DNA of 57,332 nucleotides from Myxococcales bacterium (GTDB lineage: Bacteria > Myxococcota_A > Polyangia > Polyangiales > Polyangiaceae): positions 1-57,332 of the forward strand of contig JAYTOU010000055.1 of the NCBI GenBank assembly GCA_043747615.1. Reading direction: 5' to 3'. The translations under genes and the position numbers were made by a program. The notes under the pieces are model-generated. The model was not told where the DNA came from and searched no databases. It was given only the letters and a program-made list of their open reading frames with translations. Shown here piece after piece: positions 19,703 through 29,698 of the stretch; position 1 is the first letter of the stretch; each line of letters starts with the position of its first letter.

Positions 19703-20810
19703 AGACGACGAGCAGTCCGATCAGCGCGGCGAGGAACGAAGCAAACAGCACGAAGCGCGTGTTTCTTTGAGCTCGTGTGAGGCCATGTTTTTTTCCGGCA
19801 GGATCCGTCACCGAAGGCGTGGCGTCTGCGCGATGTCCTCCGGCGAAGGGGCTCGGTGCATCGCCGCGACTATCGGGCTCGCGAAAGACGATGTCGTTGA
19901 ACGCGACGCGCTCGAGGGTGTTCTCGCTGAGGTGGGTGACCGCCCAGGCCTCGAGCCCGTGCGGGTCGAATCCCCACGACTTCGTGTCGCCGAGCGCATC
20001 GGCGAGGGTGTCGTCGCTGACGATAGAGGCAGCTTCGACCATGGGGCCCGCTGGGCGATTTGCTCCCTGCGAGGCTTCCATCTTGCTGCCGGCGACGATC
20101 CACACGTCGAGAGGCCGGGTAGCCTGCGCTCCAACTTTGTACTTGGCCCGGAAGCTGGTCTCGTCCGCCGGCTCGGGGGGCGCTTCGGTGTACGGATAGA
20201 AGGGAGCATCGATGGCGAACGAGATACGCAGCGTCGGTGTCTCGACTTTTCGGTTCGCGACGCCCGACGGAGCGTACCGCATCGCATTCAGCAGCCAGCC
20301 CTTCACCAGGTAGCGCTGGGCCCACGCGCGGAGCCCCGGCCGGTCGACGAACTTGTGCTTCCCGAGCCAGTCGCCGAGCGCGTCGCCGTCGGTTGCCTTG
20401 AGCGTGACGATCTCGAAGTCGTCGATCCTGATCTTCTGCAGGACCTCGACCGGGGCAGCAGCGACCGCACCCAGCATCGCGCCCGATCCGCCGCGCCCGC
20501 CCTTCGCGTTGGCCGGAACGAGCGCCTCCACGTGATCGAGGAGCTCGTCCTTCTCCTTGGCGATCTTCGGAACCGTGGGGGTGGGCACGAAGAACCCGAA
20601 GTCTTTCGAATCCCCTTCGAAGATCGGCTTACGGATGAAGTGCTCGGTCTTGTTCTTGGCGTCCCAGACGATCACGGTGCGCTCGCCGGCGAGCCGCACG
20701 TACGAGCCGGCAGGGTAGGCCGCACCGCAGGCCTCGGCGGGAAGCGTATGCGTCATGCAAACGAAGGTGCCTGCGAAGGTCAGAGCCGAGGCAACCGTGG
20801 AAGCACGCAT
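19674..20810 (-). CDS. DUF2330-domain protein with C-terminal TM
   Basis: Signal ending EACG; ERTVIVWD....EHFIR...F.GD.KDFGFFVPTP..P; L..WL....F; C-terminal hydrophobic helix. Confidence 0.75.
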   Translation of the reverse strand: MRASTVASALTFAGTFVCMTHTLPAEACGAAYPAGSYVRLAGERTVIVWDAKNKTEHFIRKPIFEGDSKDFGFFVPTPTVPKIAKEKDELLDHVEALVPANAKGGRGGSGAMLGAVAAAPVEVLQKIRIDDFEIVTLKATDGDALGDWLGKHKFVDRPGLRAWAQRYLVKGWLLNAMRYAPSGVANRKVETPTLRISFAIDAPFYPYTEAPPEPADETSFRAKYKVGAQATRPLDVWIVAGSKMEASQGANRPAGPMVEAASIVSDDTLADALGDTKSWGFDPHGLEAWAVTHLSENTLERVAFNDIVFREPDSRGDAPSPFAGGHRADATPSVTDPAGKKHGLTRAQRNTRFVLFASFLAALIGLLVVFRDRSSREV

Positions 20811-20866
20811 GATGCGGCGGCTATAGCCGAGTTTGGCGATGGGCCCAACTCCGCTATGGTGACTCG

Positions 20867-22180
20867 GTGATCGGGCTCGCCTTCACCGCGCTTTTTATTG
20901 CGCTGAACGGGTTCTTCGTGGCGGCGGAGTTCGCGTTCGTGAAGATGCACGCCACCCAGCTGCACAAGCGGGTGCGACGCGGCGAGAAGAGAGCCATCGC
21001 GGCTCAGACCGTCCTCGGCCGCCTCGACCGCTTCCTGTCGGTTACGCAGTTCGGGGTGACGCTTGCCAGCCTCGGCCTCGGCTGGATCGGCGAGCCGGCG
21101 CTCGAGAGCCTCGTCCATCGCGTGACCGGGAACTTCGAGACCGACCGCTCGGCGAACGTCGTCCGCATCGTGACTACCGTCATCGCCTTCGGTCTCTTGA
21201 CCTTCTCGCACGTGCTCTTCGGCGAGCTGGTGCCAAAGCTCGTCGCCATCCAAAAGTCGGAAGAGACCGCGCTCATTTCGGCGATGCCGCTCCGCGTGAT
21301 CTATTTCACGTTTCGGCCGCTCCTCTGGGTGCTGGAGCGCGCCTCGCATCTCATCCTGCGATCGATGGGTCTGTCGCCGGAGTTCGCGAGCGAAGGCACC
21401 CTGAGCGAGGAGCAAATCCTCGGCATTTTGGCTGCGAAAACGGCGCTGAGCCCCGGCGGCAAGGAGCGCGGTAAGCTCGTCGAGCGGGTGGTTCGCTTCG
21501 CGCAACGCACCGCGCGTCACGCCATGGTTCCGCGCGTCGACACGGCATCGCTCCCCATCGAGACCAGCGCAAAAGCAGCCGTGGACTTCTTGCGCGCTCA
21601 GCAATATTCGCGCGTTCTGCTCACCCGCGGGCGCTCGCTCGACGAGGTTGCCGGGTACATCTACACCAAGGATTTTCTCTTGAAGGAGAAGGCATTCACG
21701 GAATCTGATCTCTCTTCGCTTCGGCGCGACGTTCTCTTCGTGCCCGAGACGCAGGGGCTGGTCGACGTGCTGCGCGCAATGCAGGAGGCCAACACGCCCA
21801 TCGCGGTCGTGGTCGACGAGTACGGCGGAACGAGCGGCATCGTCACCATGGAAGATCTTCTCGAAGAAATCGTCGGCGAGATCCGCGACGAGTTCGACGA
21901 AGAGCCGGCAAAGGTCTTGAAGCTCGCGGGCGAAGAGAGCGCATGGGACATCGACGCACGGGCGACGATGGAGGAGCTCCGGGGCATTGGAGCGCTGGTC
22001 GACGATGATCTCTGGGCGGAGCCTGTCGGCTCGGTGGTGCTCGAGAAGCTCGGTCGCCTTCCGCGCAAGGGCGATCGCGTAATGATCGCTTCGAACGTCA
22101 TGGCCACGGTCACCGCCGTTAGCCGACGGCGCATCACCCGCGTGCGGGCGCGTCTCGTGAAACCGTCGATCGGTACGTGA
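20867..22180 (+). CDS. Hemolysin-family CNNM/CBS/CorC protein
   Basis: LNGFFVAAEFA, TQFGVTLASLGLGWIGEP, GELVPK, MVPR, VVDEYGGTSGIVTMEDLLEEIVGEI.DEFD. Confidence 0.93.
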   Translation: MIGLAFTALFIALNGFFVAAEFAFVKMHATQLHKRVRRGEKRAIAAQTVLGRLDRFLSVTQFGVTLASLGLGWIGEPALESLVHRVTGNFETDRSANVVRIVTTVIAFGLLTFSHVLFGELVPKLVAIQKSEETALISAMPLRVIYFTFRPLLWVLERASHLILRSMGLSPEFASEGTLSEEQILGILAAKTALSPGGKERGKLVERVVRFAQRTARHAMVPRVDTASLPIETSAKAAVDFLRAQQYSRVLLTRGRSLDEVAGYIYTKDFLLKEKAFTESDLSSLRRDVLFVPETQGLVDVLRAMQEANTPIAVVVDEYGGTSGIVTMEDLLEEIVGEIRDEFDEEPAKVLKLAGEESAWDIDARATMEELRGIGALVDDDLWAEPVGSVVLEKLGRLPRKGDRVMIASNVMATVTAVSRRRITRVRARLVKPSIGT

Positions 22181-22181
22181 A

Positions 22182-24608
22182 GTGACCCGCGCAGGTTGGA
22201 TTCGAGCGGCGCTGGTGGTCGCTACGGCGTTGGCCATGTGGTTGTCGATAACGCACCTTCGCCTCTCGTCCGACCTCACCGATCTCTTTCCGAATCACGG
22301 CGAGGCCACCATGCTCACCCGCTTTTTGCGGGCGTTTGGGGGCGGCGACCTCGCCGTCGTTCTGGTGCGGGGCGACGACATCCAGGAAGTCGAAGCCGCC
22401 GCACGCGATGCCGCAGACGCCCTTCGCGGAAAAAAAACGGTCGTTCAGGTGCTCGACGAAGCGCCGCTCCCGCGCGACGTCGATCCTACGCTCGCGTGGG
22501 GGTTTGCAGGCCCGGCTGCACGCGCACGCCTCGCCGCCGCGCTTACCCCTTCAGGCATGCGCGCCCGTCTCGATGGAACGCGAGAGATGCTCATGGCGCC
22601 GGGGAGCACCGACGCCGAGACCTGGCTTGCCCGCGATCCGCTACGGCTGGCGACCATTCCGTGGGAGGAGAAGACCGAGCTCGCCGCCGGATTGAGCGCC
22701 GGCTCCGGTGGAGCTTTCGTGGGCAACGAGGGACGCGCACGCCTCGTCGTCGCCGAGGCTAGGGGGAGCGCGTTCGACGCCCCCGCCGCCCTGAGCTTCG
22801 TCAGCGACGCCGAGGAGGCCATGACCGCCGCCCATCGGGCCCACCCGTCGGTTCGGCTCGATCTCACCGGCGGGCACGCCATCGCCGTCGCGACCGCGGC
22901 GATGCTGAAGCGCGACATGATCGTGAGTGGTGCACTATCGACGATACTTGCATCGTGCATGTTTCTCGCGACGTTCCGGCGGATGCGCGCGCTCGCGGCG
23001 GTGCTTCCTCCCCTCGCCCTCGGGACGGTATGGACGACCGGTCTCGCCGCTTTCTTTCCAACGGGCCTCAGCGCGATCGCGACGGCGTTCGCTGCGGTGG
23101 TCATCGGCGTCGGCGTAGACACCGGCGTCCACGTCTACGCGTCTTTTCTCGAAGGGCGAAGGAGCGGGCTAGCTCCCGCCGACGCCGCACACTTTGCTCG
23201 CAAAATGACCTGGAAACCGACGCTGTTTGCCGCCATCGCCGCCGGTCTGGCGTTCGCGTCACTCGCCCTCAGCGAGCTCTTGGCCGTGCGCCAGCTCGGT
23301 CTCCTCTGCGGCGCAGGAGAGGTGCTCACGGCCGTCGGAATTCTGCTCGTGACCCCCGAGATCGCCATCCTGCTCGAGCGCGGCCCTGCACCGAAGCACA
23401 CCGTGCCCGCATGGGTCGAGGGGGTACGACGTCTCACCTCCACGCGTCCGCGCGCGCTCACTGCGCTCATCGTGATGACCATGCCGCTCGTCGTCCTCGC
23501 CTTCGTCGGGTGGCCTTCGCCAAGCGACACGCTGGTGGCGATCCGTCCACGCGCACTTGCGCCGCTCATCATCCAGAAAGAAATCTACGCGCTCTTTGGA
23601 GGAAAAGAGGGTCAGTGGCTCGTGGTGAGCGCCGACGCTGACCGGGAGCGAGCGATGGCTCGGGCCGATGCGATCGCCGAGGCACTCGAGCCGCTTACGA
23701 AGGGTCCGCACCCGATCGGCTTCGACGCCCTGGCCCCTCTCCTTCCGAGCGCAACCTCGCAGCGCGCGCGGCTCGCACAGCGGGACCACATAAATCTGCC
23801 CGGCCTCATGCCCATGCTCACGTCGGCGCTTGTGGAAAAAGGATTTGATCCCGAAGCGTGCGCGCCGGCGCTCGAGGCGTTCGCGCATCCCTCACATGAC
23901 GTGCGCACGTTCGAACTGCATGGACCAGTGGCGTGGCTCGCTTCGCGCCATGTAGCTCGCGACCCGGGAAATCAGCGAGATTTCCTGGCGGTGACCTACC
24001 TTCGACCCTCGGGCGATCCGGCGACCGACACGCGCACGCTCGAGGTCATCCGGGCCGCCGATCCTCGGGCGGTGGTCACCGGCTACCATCATCTAGAGAC
24101 CGCGCTTCGCGATGCGCTCGCTCACGATCTGCCGATTGTTGCTCTCGTTGCGATCGGATTGGTCATCCTGACCCTTCGTGCCATCTTACGCCGCGCTTTG
24201 GACGTCGGTCTCGCGCTAGCTACCATTGGCGTAGAGGTCGCCGCCGTCGCTCTCGTGATGAGGATCTTTCACGTGCGCTGGCATGTGTACGATGCGCTGG
24301 TGCTTCCGGTGCTCATCGGCATCACCATGGACGAATCGATGTTTCTCCTTCACGCCGCCCGGCGCGGCAACGCAATCGAAAGTGACGACGCGATCACGGC
24401 GTCGCTTCGCGAGCAAGGACCTCTCGTCGCGTCCACTGCGCTCACGACCGCGGCGGGCTTCGCCGCTCTCCTTGCTTGCCGCTTCGAAGGCCTCTTCGAT
24501 CTTGGCGCCGTCGGTGCGCTCGGCTCGGTCCTCGGACTTGTCTCTGCTCTGGTCGTCGTTCCAGCGGGGCTACGCTTGGCGGCTCCCCGCCCCAGAAATA
24601 GTCCATGA
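22182..24608 (+). CDS. MMPL/RND-family exporter
   Basis: Two repeats of a periplasmic loop plus TM bundle; GVGVDTGVH and GITMDESM; ALTTAAGFAAL. Confidence 0.82.
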   Translation: MTRAGWIRAALVVATALAMWLSITHLRLSSDLTDLFPNHGEATMLTRFLRAFGGGDLAVVLVRGDDIQEVEAAARDAADALRGKKTVVQVLDEAPLPRDVDPTLAWGFAGPAARARLAAALTPSGMRARLDGTREMLMAPGSTDAETWLARDPLRLATIPWEEKTELAAGLSAGSGGAFVGNEGRARLVVAEARGSAFDAPAALSFVSDAEEAMTAAHRAHPSVRLDLTGGHAIAVATAAMLKRDMIVSGALSTILASCMFLATFRRMRALAAVLPPLALGTVWTTGLAAFFPTGLSAIATAFAAVVIGVGVDTGVHVYASFLEGRRSGLAPADAAHFARKMTWKPTLFAAIAAGLAFASLALSELLAVRQLGLLCGAGEVLTAVGILLVTPEIAILLERGPAPKHTVPAWVEGVRRLTSTRPRALTALIVMTMPLVVLAFVGWPSPSDTLVAIRPRALAPLIIQKEIYALFGGKEGQWLVVSADADRERAMARADAIAEALEPLTKGPHPIGFDALAPLLPSATSQRARLAQRDHINLPGLMPMLTSALVEKGFDPEACAPALEAFAHPSHDVRTFELHGPVAWLASRHVARDPGNQRDFLAVTYLRPSGDPATDTRTLEVIRAADPRAVVTGYHHLETALRDALAHDLPIVALVAIGLVILTLRAILRRALDVGLALATIGVEVAAVALVMRIFHVRWHVYDALVLPVLIGITMDESMFLLHAARRGNAIESDDAITASLREQGPLVASTALTTAAGFAALLACRFEGLFDLGAVGALGSVLGLVSALVVVPAGLRLAAPRPRNSP

Positions 24609-27600
24609 ACGAAGTCGTTTTCCCGGAGGCCGAGCTCAAGGACAAACTCGACTCGCTCCTTCCACCCGAAGGTGTGGTCGCCACGCGCTTGCGTGACGTG
24701 GCGGCGCGTATTCGAAAAATAGAACGCGGGCGAGCGGACGTCTCCGGTCTAAAAGGGAGCGCGGGGGCAGCGCTTACGGCGACCCTGGCGAGAAGCGGCG
24801 CAGTAAACGAGCGGGTGGTGGTGATCACCGCCGATCTCGACAGTGCGCGGCGCATGGCCGACGACGTGGGCTTTTTCCTCCGAGGCGCGCTCGACGAGGC
24901 CGAGGCCGAAGACTCCGCGTCCGGTGAGGTGCTCGTCCTGTCGGTCCCCGAGAGCTCGCCCTACGCCGACGTGAATCCGGATCGGCGTGCGGCAATGAGC
25001 CGGATGGCGACGCTGTCGCATCTGACACGCTTACCGTGGCGGGTCTTGGTGATGCCCGCTAGCGCGCTCGTGCGCAAAGTGGTCCCCCGGTCCGTGTTCG
25101 AAAAAAATGGGGCACGTGTCGTCGCCGAGCAAGAGCTCGATCGCGAAGCGCTTCTCACTCAGCTCTCCGAGAGCGGCTACCTGCGGGTGCCGGTGGTCGA
25201 GGATCCAGGCTCGTTTGCAGTGCGCGGCGCGCTCCTCGATGTGTGGCCCCCGAGCAGCGAGACCCCCGTTCGCGTCGAGCTCTACGGCGATCTCGTGCTC
25301 TCGATGAAGACGTTCGACCCACACGAGCAGCGCACTAAGCGCGCGGACGGCACCGAACAGCTGATCACGGAGCTGTGGCTCCCGCCGGCACGCGAAGCGA
25401 TCCTCACCAAAGACGCGCTCGCCCTCGCGAGGGATCGCGTGCGGCAACTCGCCGAGATGATCGATTGGCCAACCACGCGAACGCGGGCGCTCATCGAGGA
25501 CGTGTCGACCGGGCGAGCGTTCTTCGGCGCCGACGGCTTCCTGCCGGCGTACTTCCCGAGGCTAGAGACGATCTTCTCCTACGTCGACGAGGGAGCCACC
25601 TTCGTGCTCGACGATCCGGCAGCGATCACCGCGGCAGTGCGCGAAGAGCTCGCGCGCGGGGTGCGCGACGAGGCCGCAAAGGCGAGCGAGCCCCATTTCC
25701 TTGCTGTCTCTTTTTTCGTCGACGAGTCCGCGGCCGCGCACGAGCTCGAGCAACGGAAGGTGGTTGCGCTCCATCGCACGCCCGTGATCGGTGAGTCCGG
25801 CGAAGGGCTCGCGGTCTACGAAGTGGCACGAAATACGCTGGATCTCGCGGCCCGCGATCACGAGGATCTTTCGCGCGCTGTCAAGGCGGCGCGGGGAACG
25901 AAAGGGAAGACGGCTACGATGGAGCCGCTCGCGCGTCGCATCAATCACTGGCGCGAGCACGGGCTCCGGGTCTTCGTGACTGCCCGCGCGCAGACCCAAG
26001 CCGAACGTCTGACCTCGCTCCTGCGCCATCAAAACGTCACCTGCCGCGCGCGCCTTGGCGCCTTCGATCCGGCGTGGCTCGAGGAGGATTCGGGCGATCG
26101 CGCCTTCGATGCCCAGATTGTCGTCGGCCCCCTCGGACGCGGCGTGATCCTCCCCGCCGACGGGTTGGTCATCGTCACCGAGGAAGAGATCTTCGGAAAC
26201 CGCGCCCACCGCGCGCGCGAAAAGAAGGCCTCGAGCATCACCAAACCGTTCCTCGAAGATCTCCGGAGCTTGAACGTCGGGGACTTCGTCGTTCACGCCG
26301 AGCACGGCATCGGGCGCTACCAAGGTCTTATCCACAAAGAGGTCGCCGGCCTCACGGTCGATCTCTTGGTGGTCGAATACTCGGGAGGAGACAAACTCTA
26401 TCTCCCCGTCTACCGCCTCAATCAAGTCCAGAAATACAGCGGCGGCGAGAACGCGCAGCCCAAGGTCGATCGCCTCGGCGGCTCCACCTTCTTGCGCACG
26501 AAATCGAAGGTAAAGAAAGCCGTTCGGCAGATGGCCGACGAGCTTCTTCGTCTCTACGCAGAGCGCCAAGCGCAGCCTGGCGAAGCCGTCCCCCCGATCA
26601 CCGACGAGTACCGCGCGTTCGAGGCAACTTTCCCCTTCGACGAGACGCCCGACCAAGCCAAGGCCATCGCGGACGTGAACAAGGATCTCGAAACGGATCG
26701 GCCGATGGACCGCCTCGTCTGCGGCGACGTGGGTTTCGGCAAGACCGAGGTTGCGTTGCGTGCTGCGTTCCGGGTGGCGATGGCCGGAAAGCAAGTCGCC
26801 CTCCTGTGCCCGACGACGGTGCTCACCCAGCAGCACTTTCGAACCTTCGAAGCGCGCATGCGTGACTACCCGATCACCATCCGCGCGATGAGCCGTTTCC
26901 AAGGAAAAAAAGAGCAAGACGATACGCTCGCTCAGGTGAAGGACGGGAAGGTCGACGTCCTCATCGGCACCCATCGCCTGCTCTCGAAGGACATTCACTT
27001 CAAGGACCTCGGCCTCCTCATCGTCGATGAGGAGCAGCGCTTCGGCGTCGCCCACAAGGAGCGCATCAAGCAGATCCGCGCCCAGGTCGACGTGCTCACG
27101 CTGACGGCGACGCCCATTCCCCGCACGCTGCAAATGGCGGTGAGCGGACTTCGCGATCTGTCGCTCATCACCACGCCGCCACTCGATCGTCGCGCGGTGC
27201 GCACCATCGTCACCCGCTTCGACGAGCAGGTGGTCCGCGAGGCCGTGACCCGTGAGCTCAGTCGCGGAGGTCAGGTATTTTACGTGTACAACCGGGTAGA
27301 GGGAATCTACGAAAAAGCGCAGAAGCTTCAGGAGCTCGCGCCGAATGCGCGCATCGTCGTCGGCCACGGGCAGATGGACGGCGCCACGCTCGAGACGGTG
27401 ATGCTGGACTTCGTCGAAGGTCGCTACGACATCCTCGTGGCAACCGCCATCATCGAGAGCGGCCTCGACATCCCGCGCGCGAACACCATGATCATCGATC
27501 GCGCCGATCTCTTCGGCCTCGCGCAGCTCTACCAGCTTCGCGGTCGGGTGGGTCGCGCCAAGGAACGTGCGTACTGCTACCTCATCGTTCCCCCCACCAA

Positions 27601-28273
27601 CGTGATGAACGACGATGCGCGCTCGCGCATCGAGGCCCTCGAGCGTCACACCGAGCTAGGAAGCGGATTCCAGATCGCTTCTCTCGATCTCGAGCTGCGT
27701 GGAGCCGGGGATCTCCTCGGAGGTGAGCAGTCGGGGACGATGGCCACCGTGGGCTTCGACATGTTCTGTCAGATGCTCGAGGAGGCCGTGCACGAGCTCC
27801 GCGGTGAGCCGGTGATCCACGACGTCGATCCGGATCTGTCGTTCGACGTGGCTGCGCTCCTCCCCGAGGACTACGTCGGCGACGTCGGGGTGCGCCTCTC
27901 GATGTACAAGCGCCTGGCCAGCGCGATCGACGAAGCGCACGTCGGCGAGATTGCCGAAGAGATGGAAGACCGCTTTGGCTCACCGCCCGAAGAAGCGAGG
28001 CGCCTGGTGCAGCTCATGTCGCTGAAGACGGAGCTGCGTCGTCTGAAGGCCCTCGGCTGCGAGGCGAACGCGCGCAACGTAACCCTGCACCTGCGCGAGG
28101 ACACGCCGCTCGATCCGAAGAAAATCCTCGAGCTAGTCCGTTCGACGCGCAGCCCTTACCGACTCACCCCGGACATGCGCCTCAGTCGTCGCTTCGATGG
28201 GACGACCAACGGTCTCGCGAACGCGGAGACGCTGCTGTCCGAGATCGCCGCATGCCTACGCTCTGAACTTTAG
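24605..28273 (+). CDS. mfd: Transcription-repair coupling factor
   Basis: PGSFAVRG.LLDVW, GDFVVH.EHGIGRY, MDRLVCGDVGFGKTEVA, DEEQRFGV, TATPIPRTL, QLRGRVGR, DLELRGAG.LLG.EQSG. Confidence 0.98.
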   Translation: MNEVVFPEAELKDKLDSLLPPEGVVATRLRDVAARIRKIERGRADVSGLKGSAGAALTATLARSGAVNERVVVITADLDSARRMADDVGFFLRGALDEAEAEDSASGEVLVLSVPESSPYADVNPDRRAAMSRMATLSHLTRLPWRVLVMPASALVRKVVPRSVFEKNGARVVAEQELDREALLTQLSESGYLRVPVVEDPGSFAVRGALLDVWPPSSETPVRVELYGDLVLSMKTFDPHEQRTKRADGTEQLITELWLPPAREAILTKDALALARDRVRQLAEMIDWPTTRTRALIEDVSTGRAFFGADGFLPAYFPRLETIFSYVDEGATFVLDDPAAITAAVREELARGVRDEAAKASEPHFLAVSFFVDESAAAHELEQRKVVALHRTPVIGESGEGLAVYEVARNTLDLAARDHEDLSRAVKAARGTKGKTATMEPLARRINHWREHGLRVFVTARAQTQAERLTSLLRHQNVTCRARLGAFDPAWLEEDSGDRAFDAQIVVGPLGRGVILPADGLVIVTEEEIFGNRAHRAREKKASSITKPFLEDLRSLNVGDFVVHAEHGIGRYQGLIHKEVAGLTVDLLVVEYSGGDKLYLPVYRLNQVQKYSGGENAQPKVDRLGGSTFLRTKSKVKKAVRQMADELLRLYAERQAQPGEAVPPITDEYRAFEATFPFDETPDQAKAIADVNKDLETDRPMDRLVCGDVGFGKTEVALRAAFRVAMAGKQVALLCPTTVLTQQHFRTFEARMRDYPITIRAMSRFQGKKEQDDTLAQVKDGKVDVLIGTHRLLSKDIHFKDLGLLIVDEEQRFGVAHKERIKQIRAQVDVLTLTATPIPRTLQMAVSGLRDLSLITTPPLDRRAVRTIVTRFDEQVVREAVTRELSRGGQVFYVYNRVEGIYEKAQKLQELAPNARIVVGHGQMDGATLETVMLDFVEGRYDILVATAIIESGLDIPRANTMIIDRADLFGLAQLYQLRGRVGRAKERAYCYLIVPPTNVMNDDARSRIEALERHTELGSGFQIASLDLELRGAGDLLGGEQSGTMATVGFDMFCQMLEEAVHELRGEPVIHDVDPDLSFDVAALLPEDYVGDVGVRLSMYKRLASAIDEAHVGEIAEEMEDRFGSPPEEARRLVQLMSLKTELRRLKALGCEANARNVTLHLREDTPLDPKKILELVRSTRSPYRLTPDMRLSRRFDGTTNGLANAETLLSEIAACLRSEL

Positions 28274-28288
28274 GCTTCGAAAAGCGCC

Positions 28289-29080
28289 TTAGCGCTCCGT
28301 GCTGCGCGCCGCATTCAAGACGCCGAGGTTGGTGCAGCCCTCGCCGTCCCCTTTATCGCACGCTTTTTTGTAATAGAACGCCGCGCGAGAGAGATCCTTC
28401 GCCACGCCTTTTCCTTTCTCGTACATGGCACCGAGGTTCGAGCACCCGTGGCCATCGCCCTTCTCGCAACCTTGGTGGTAGAGCGCCACCGCCTTGATTT
28501 CATTTGCGGAGACACCCTTGCCTGCCGAGTACATGAAACCGAGGTTGGTGCACGCCGTCGGCTCTCCCTGCGTGCAGCTACGCTCGTAGAGGGTGACGGC
28601 TTTTTTTTCGTCCTTAGGGACTCCGTGGCCGAGCGCCAACATGATGCCGAGGTTGGTGCAGCCGTGCAGATCGCCTCCGTCGCAGCCTTGCTTGTAGAGA
28701 ACGGCGGCGTGGGCATCGTCTACCGGGACTACCTTCCCCTTCTCGTAGAGGGCACCGAGGTTGGTACATCCGTGGGGATCGCCGCCGTCGCATCCCTTCT
28801 TGTACAAACCGGACGCGCGCACCGCGTCGACAGGCACCGCATTGCCTGCAGAATACATGTATCCCAGGTTCGTGCAAGCTACAGGTTCGCCACGATCGCA
28901 GGCGCTTTTGGCGTTCGCAGCGAGGAGCACGTCCTCCGTGGGTCGCACGGCTGAAGCGGCCTCTGCACCGGCGCCCGCATCGGTCGAGGGGGCGGCGCTC
29001 ACGCCGTCGGTCGGCGCGGGTTGCTTGCAGCCGACGATCGATAAAATGATCGCCGCCGAAAGATTGGAACTTTTCGGCAT
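28289..29080 (-). CDS. Sel1-like repeat lipoprotein (Hcp/Sel1 type)
   Basis: Lipobox SIVGC; six C(T/S)NLG motifs at a 36-aa period with A..LY..GC..GD. Confidence 0.88.
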   Translation of the reverse strand: MPKSSNLSAAIILSIVGCKQPAPTDGVSAAPSTDAGAGAEAASAVRPTEDVLLAANAKSACDRGEPVACTNLGYMYSAGNAVPVDAVRASGLYKKGCDGGDPHGCTNLGALYEKGKVVPVDDAHAAVLYKQGCDGGDLHGCTNLGIMLALGHGVPKDEKKAVTLYERSCTQGEPTACTNLGFMYSAGKGVSANEIKAVALYHQGCEKGDGHGCSNLGAMYEKGKGVAKDLSRAAFYYKKACDKGDGEGCTNLGVLNAARSTER

Positions 29081-29105
29081 TCCGCTCGATCCTAACTGAC
29101 CTTCG

Positions 29106-29288
29106 ATGCGCAAACGCGTTCTCGTTCCCTTGCCCGGTCACGATTTTGATCTGACTGAAGTCGCCGTCCCTTGACGGCATCTCGCGTCACGCGGACACGA
29201 GGTCGTCTTCGCGACGGAGAGGGGAAAGGCGCCGCAGGTGGATCCTCTCCTCGTTCGCGGCGTGCTGTTCGGTCAGCTCGGCGCAGAG
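29106..29288 (+). pseudogene. Truncated DJ-1/PfpI (type 1 glutamine amidotransferase-like) gene with internal stop
   Basis: Manual translation from ATG 29106: MRKRVLVPLPGHDFDLTEVAVP*RHLASRGHEVVFATERGKAPQVDPLLVRGVLFGQLGAE. TGA is at 29172-29174; similarity is lost afterwards. Confidence 0.72.
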
Positions 29289-29329
29289 CGTCGTCGTGAC
29301 TCGTGGCTTGCGCTCGACGACCTACGCGC

Positions 29330-29698
29330 TCAGACCTTCCCGCCAGCTCTGAGACACTCGGTCGTGAACCCCGTGCATTGATCTTTAATTTTCGGGTTCG
29401 TCCCGACCTGCGGGTGGTTGCAGTAGAGCCGGGCGTTCGCGCAATTCGGCGCATCGGGATTTGCCACAGGCGCGGCAGGCTTTCTTGGCTTCACGGCGGC
29501 GGCCGGAGTCTTCGCGACGGCGAGGGGCGCAAGGTCGGCGTCGGGTTCGGCAAGGGCGACGACACCAGCGTCCGCATCGACGGAGGCGGCGACGGGATCG
29601 GGCGGGCTCGCAGCGTCGATCGCTTCCGCGACTTTCTTCTTCGCGAGGCAGCCCGACAGAACAAGCACGATTAGACAGACGAGAGTCAGTCGCTTCAC
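29330..29698 (-). CDS. Small lipoprotein with C-terminal 4-Cys module shared with the upstream kinase
   Basis: GTG start overlaps the kinase stop (GTGA); lipobox VLSGC; C-terminus CANARLYCNHPQVGTNPKIKDQCTGFTTECLRAGG. Confidence 0.78.
   Translation of the reverse strand: MKRLTLVCLIVLVLSGCLAKKKVAEAIDAASPPDPVAASVDADAGVVALAEPDADLAPLAVAKTPAAAVKPRKPAAPVANPDAPNCANARLYCNHPQVGTNPKIKDQCTGFTTECLRAGGKV

Noticed and set aside
25562..27649. 695-aa antisense ORF inside mfd, and similar long shadow ORFs (3508-4785, 20780-22279, 51256-52209)
   Set aside because: They mirror well-supported genes on the opposite strand. Long stop-free antisense frames are expected at high GC3, and these carry no motifs.
28330..28900. 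108-bp periodic repeats resembling an array
   Set aside because: Explained by Sel1 protein repeats. There is no constant repeat with unique spacers and no cas genes, so it is not CRISPR.
29172..29174. In-frame TGA as selenocysteine or recoding
   Set aside because: The position corresponds to Trp, not Cys, the gene is also truncated, and many other genes in the window use TGA as stop.
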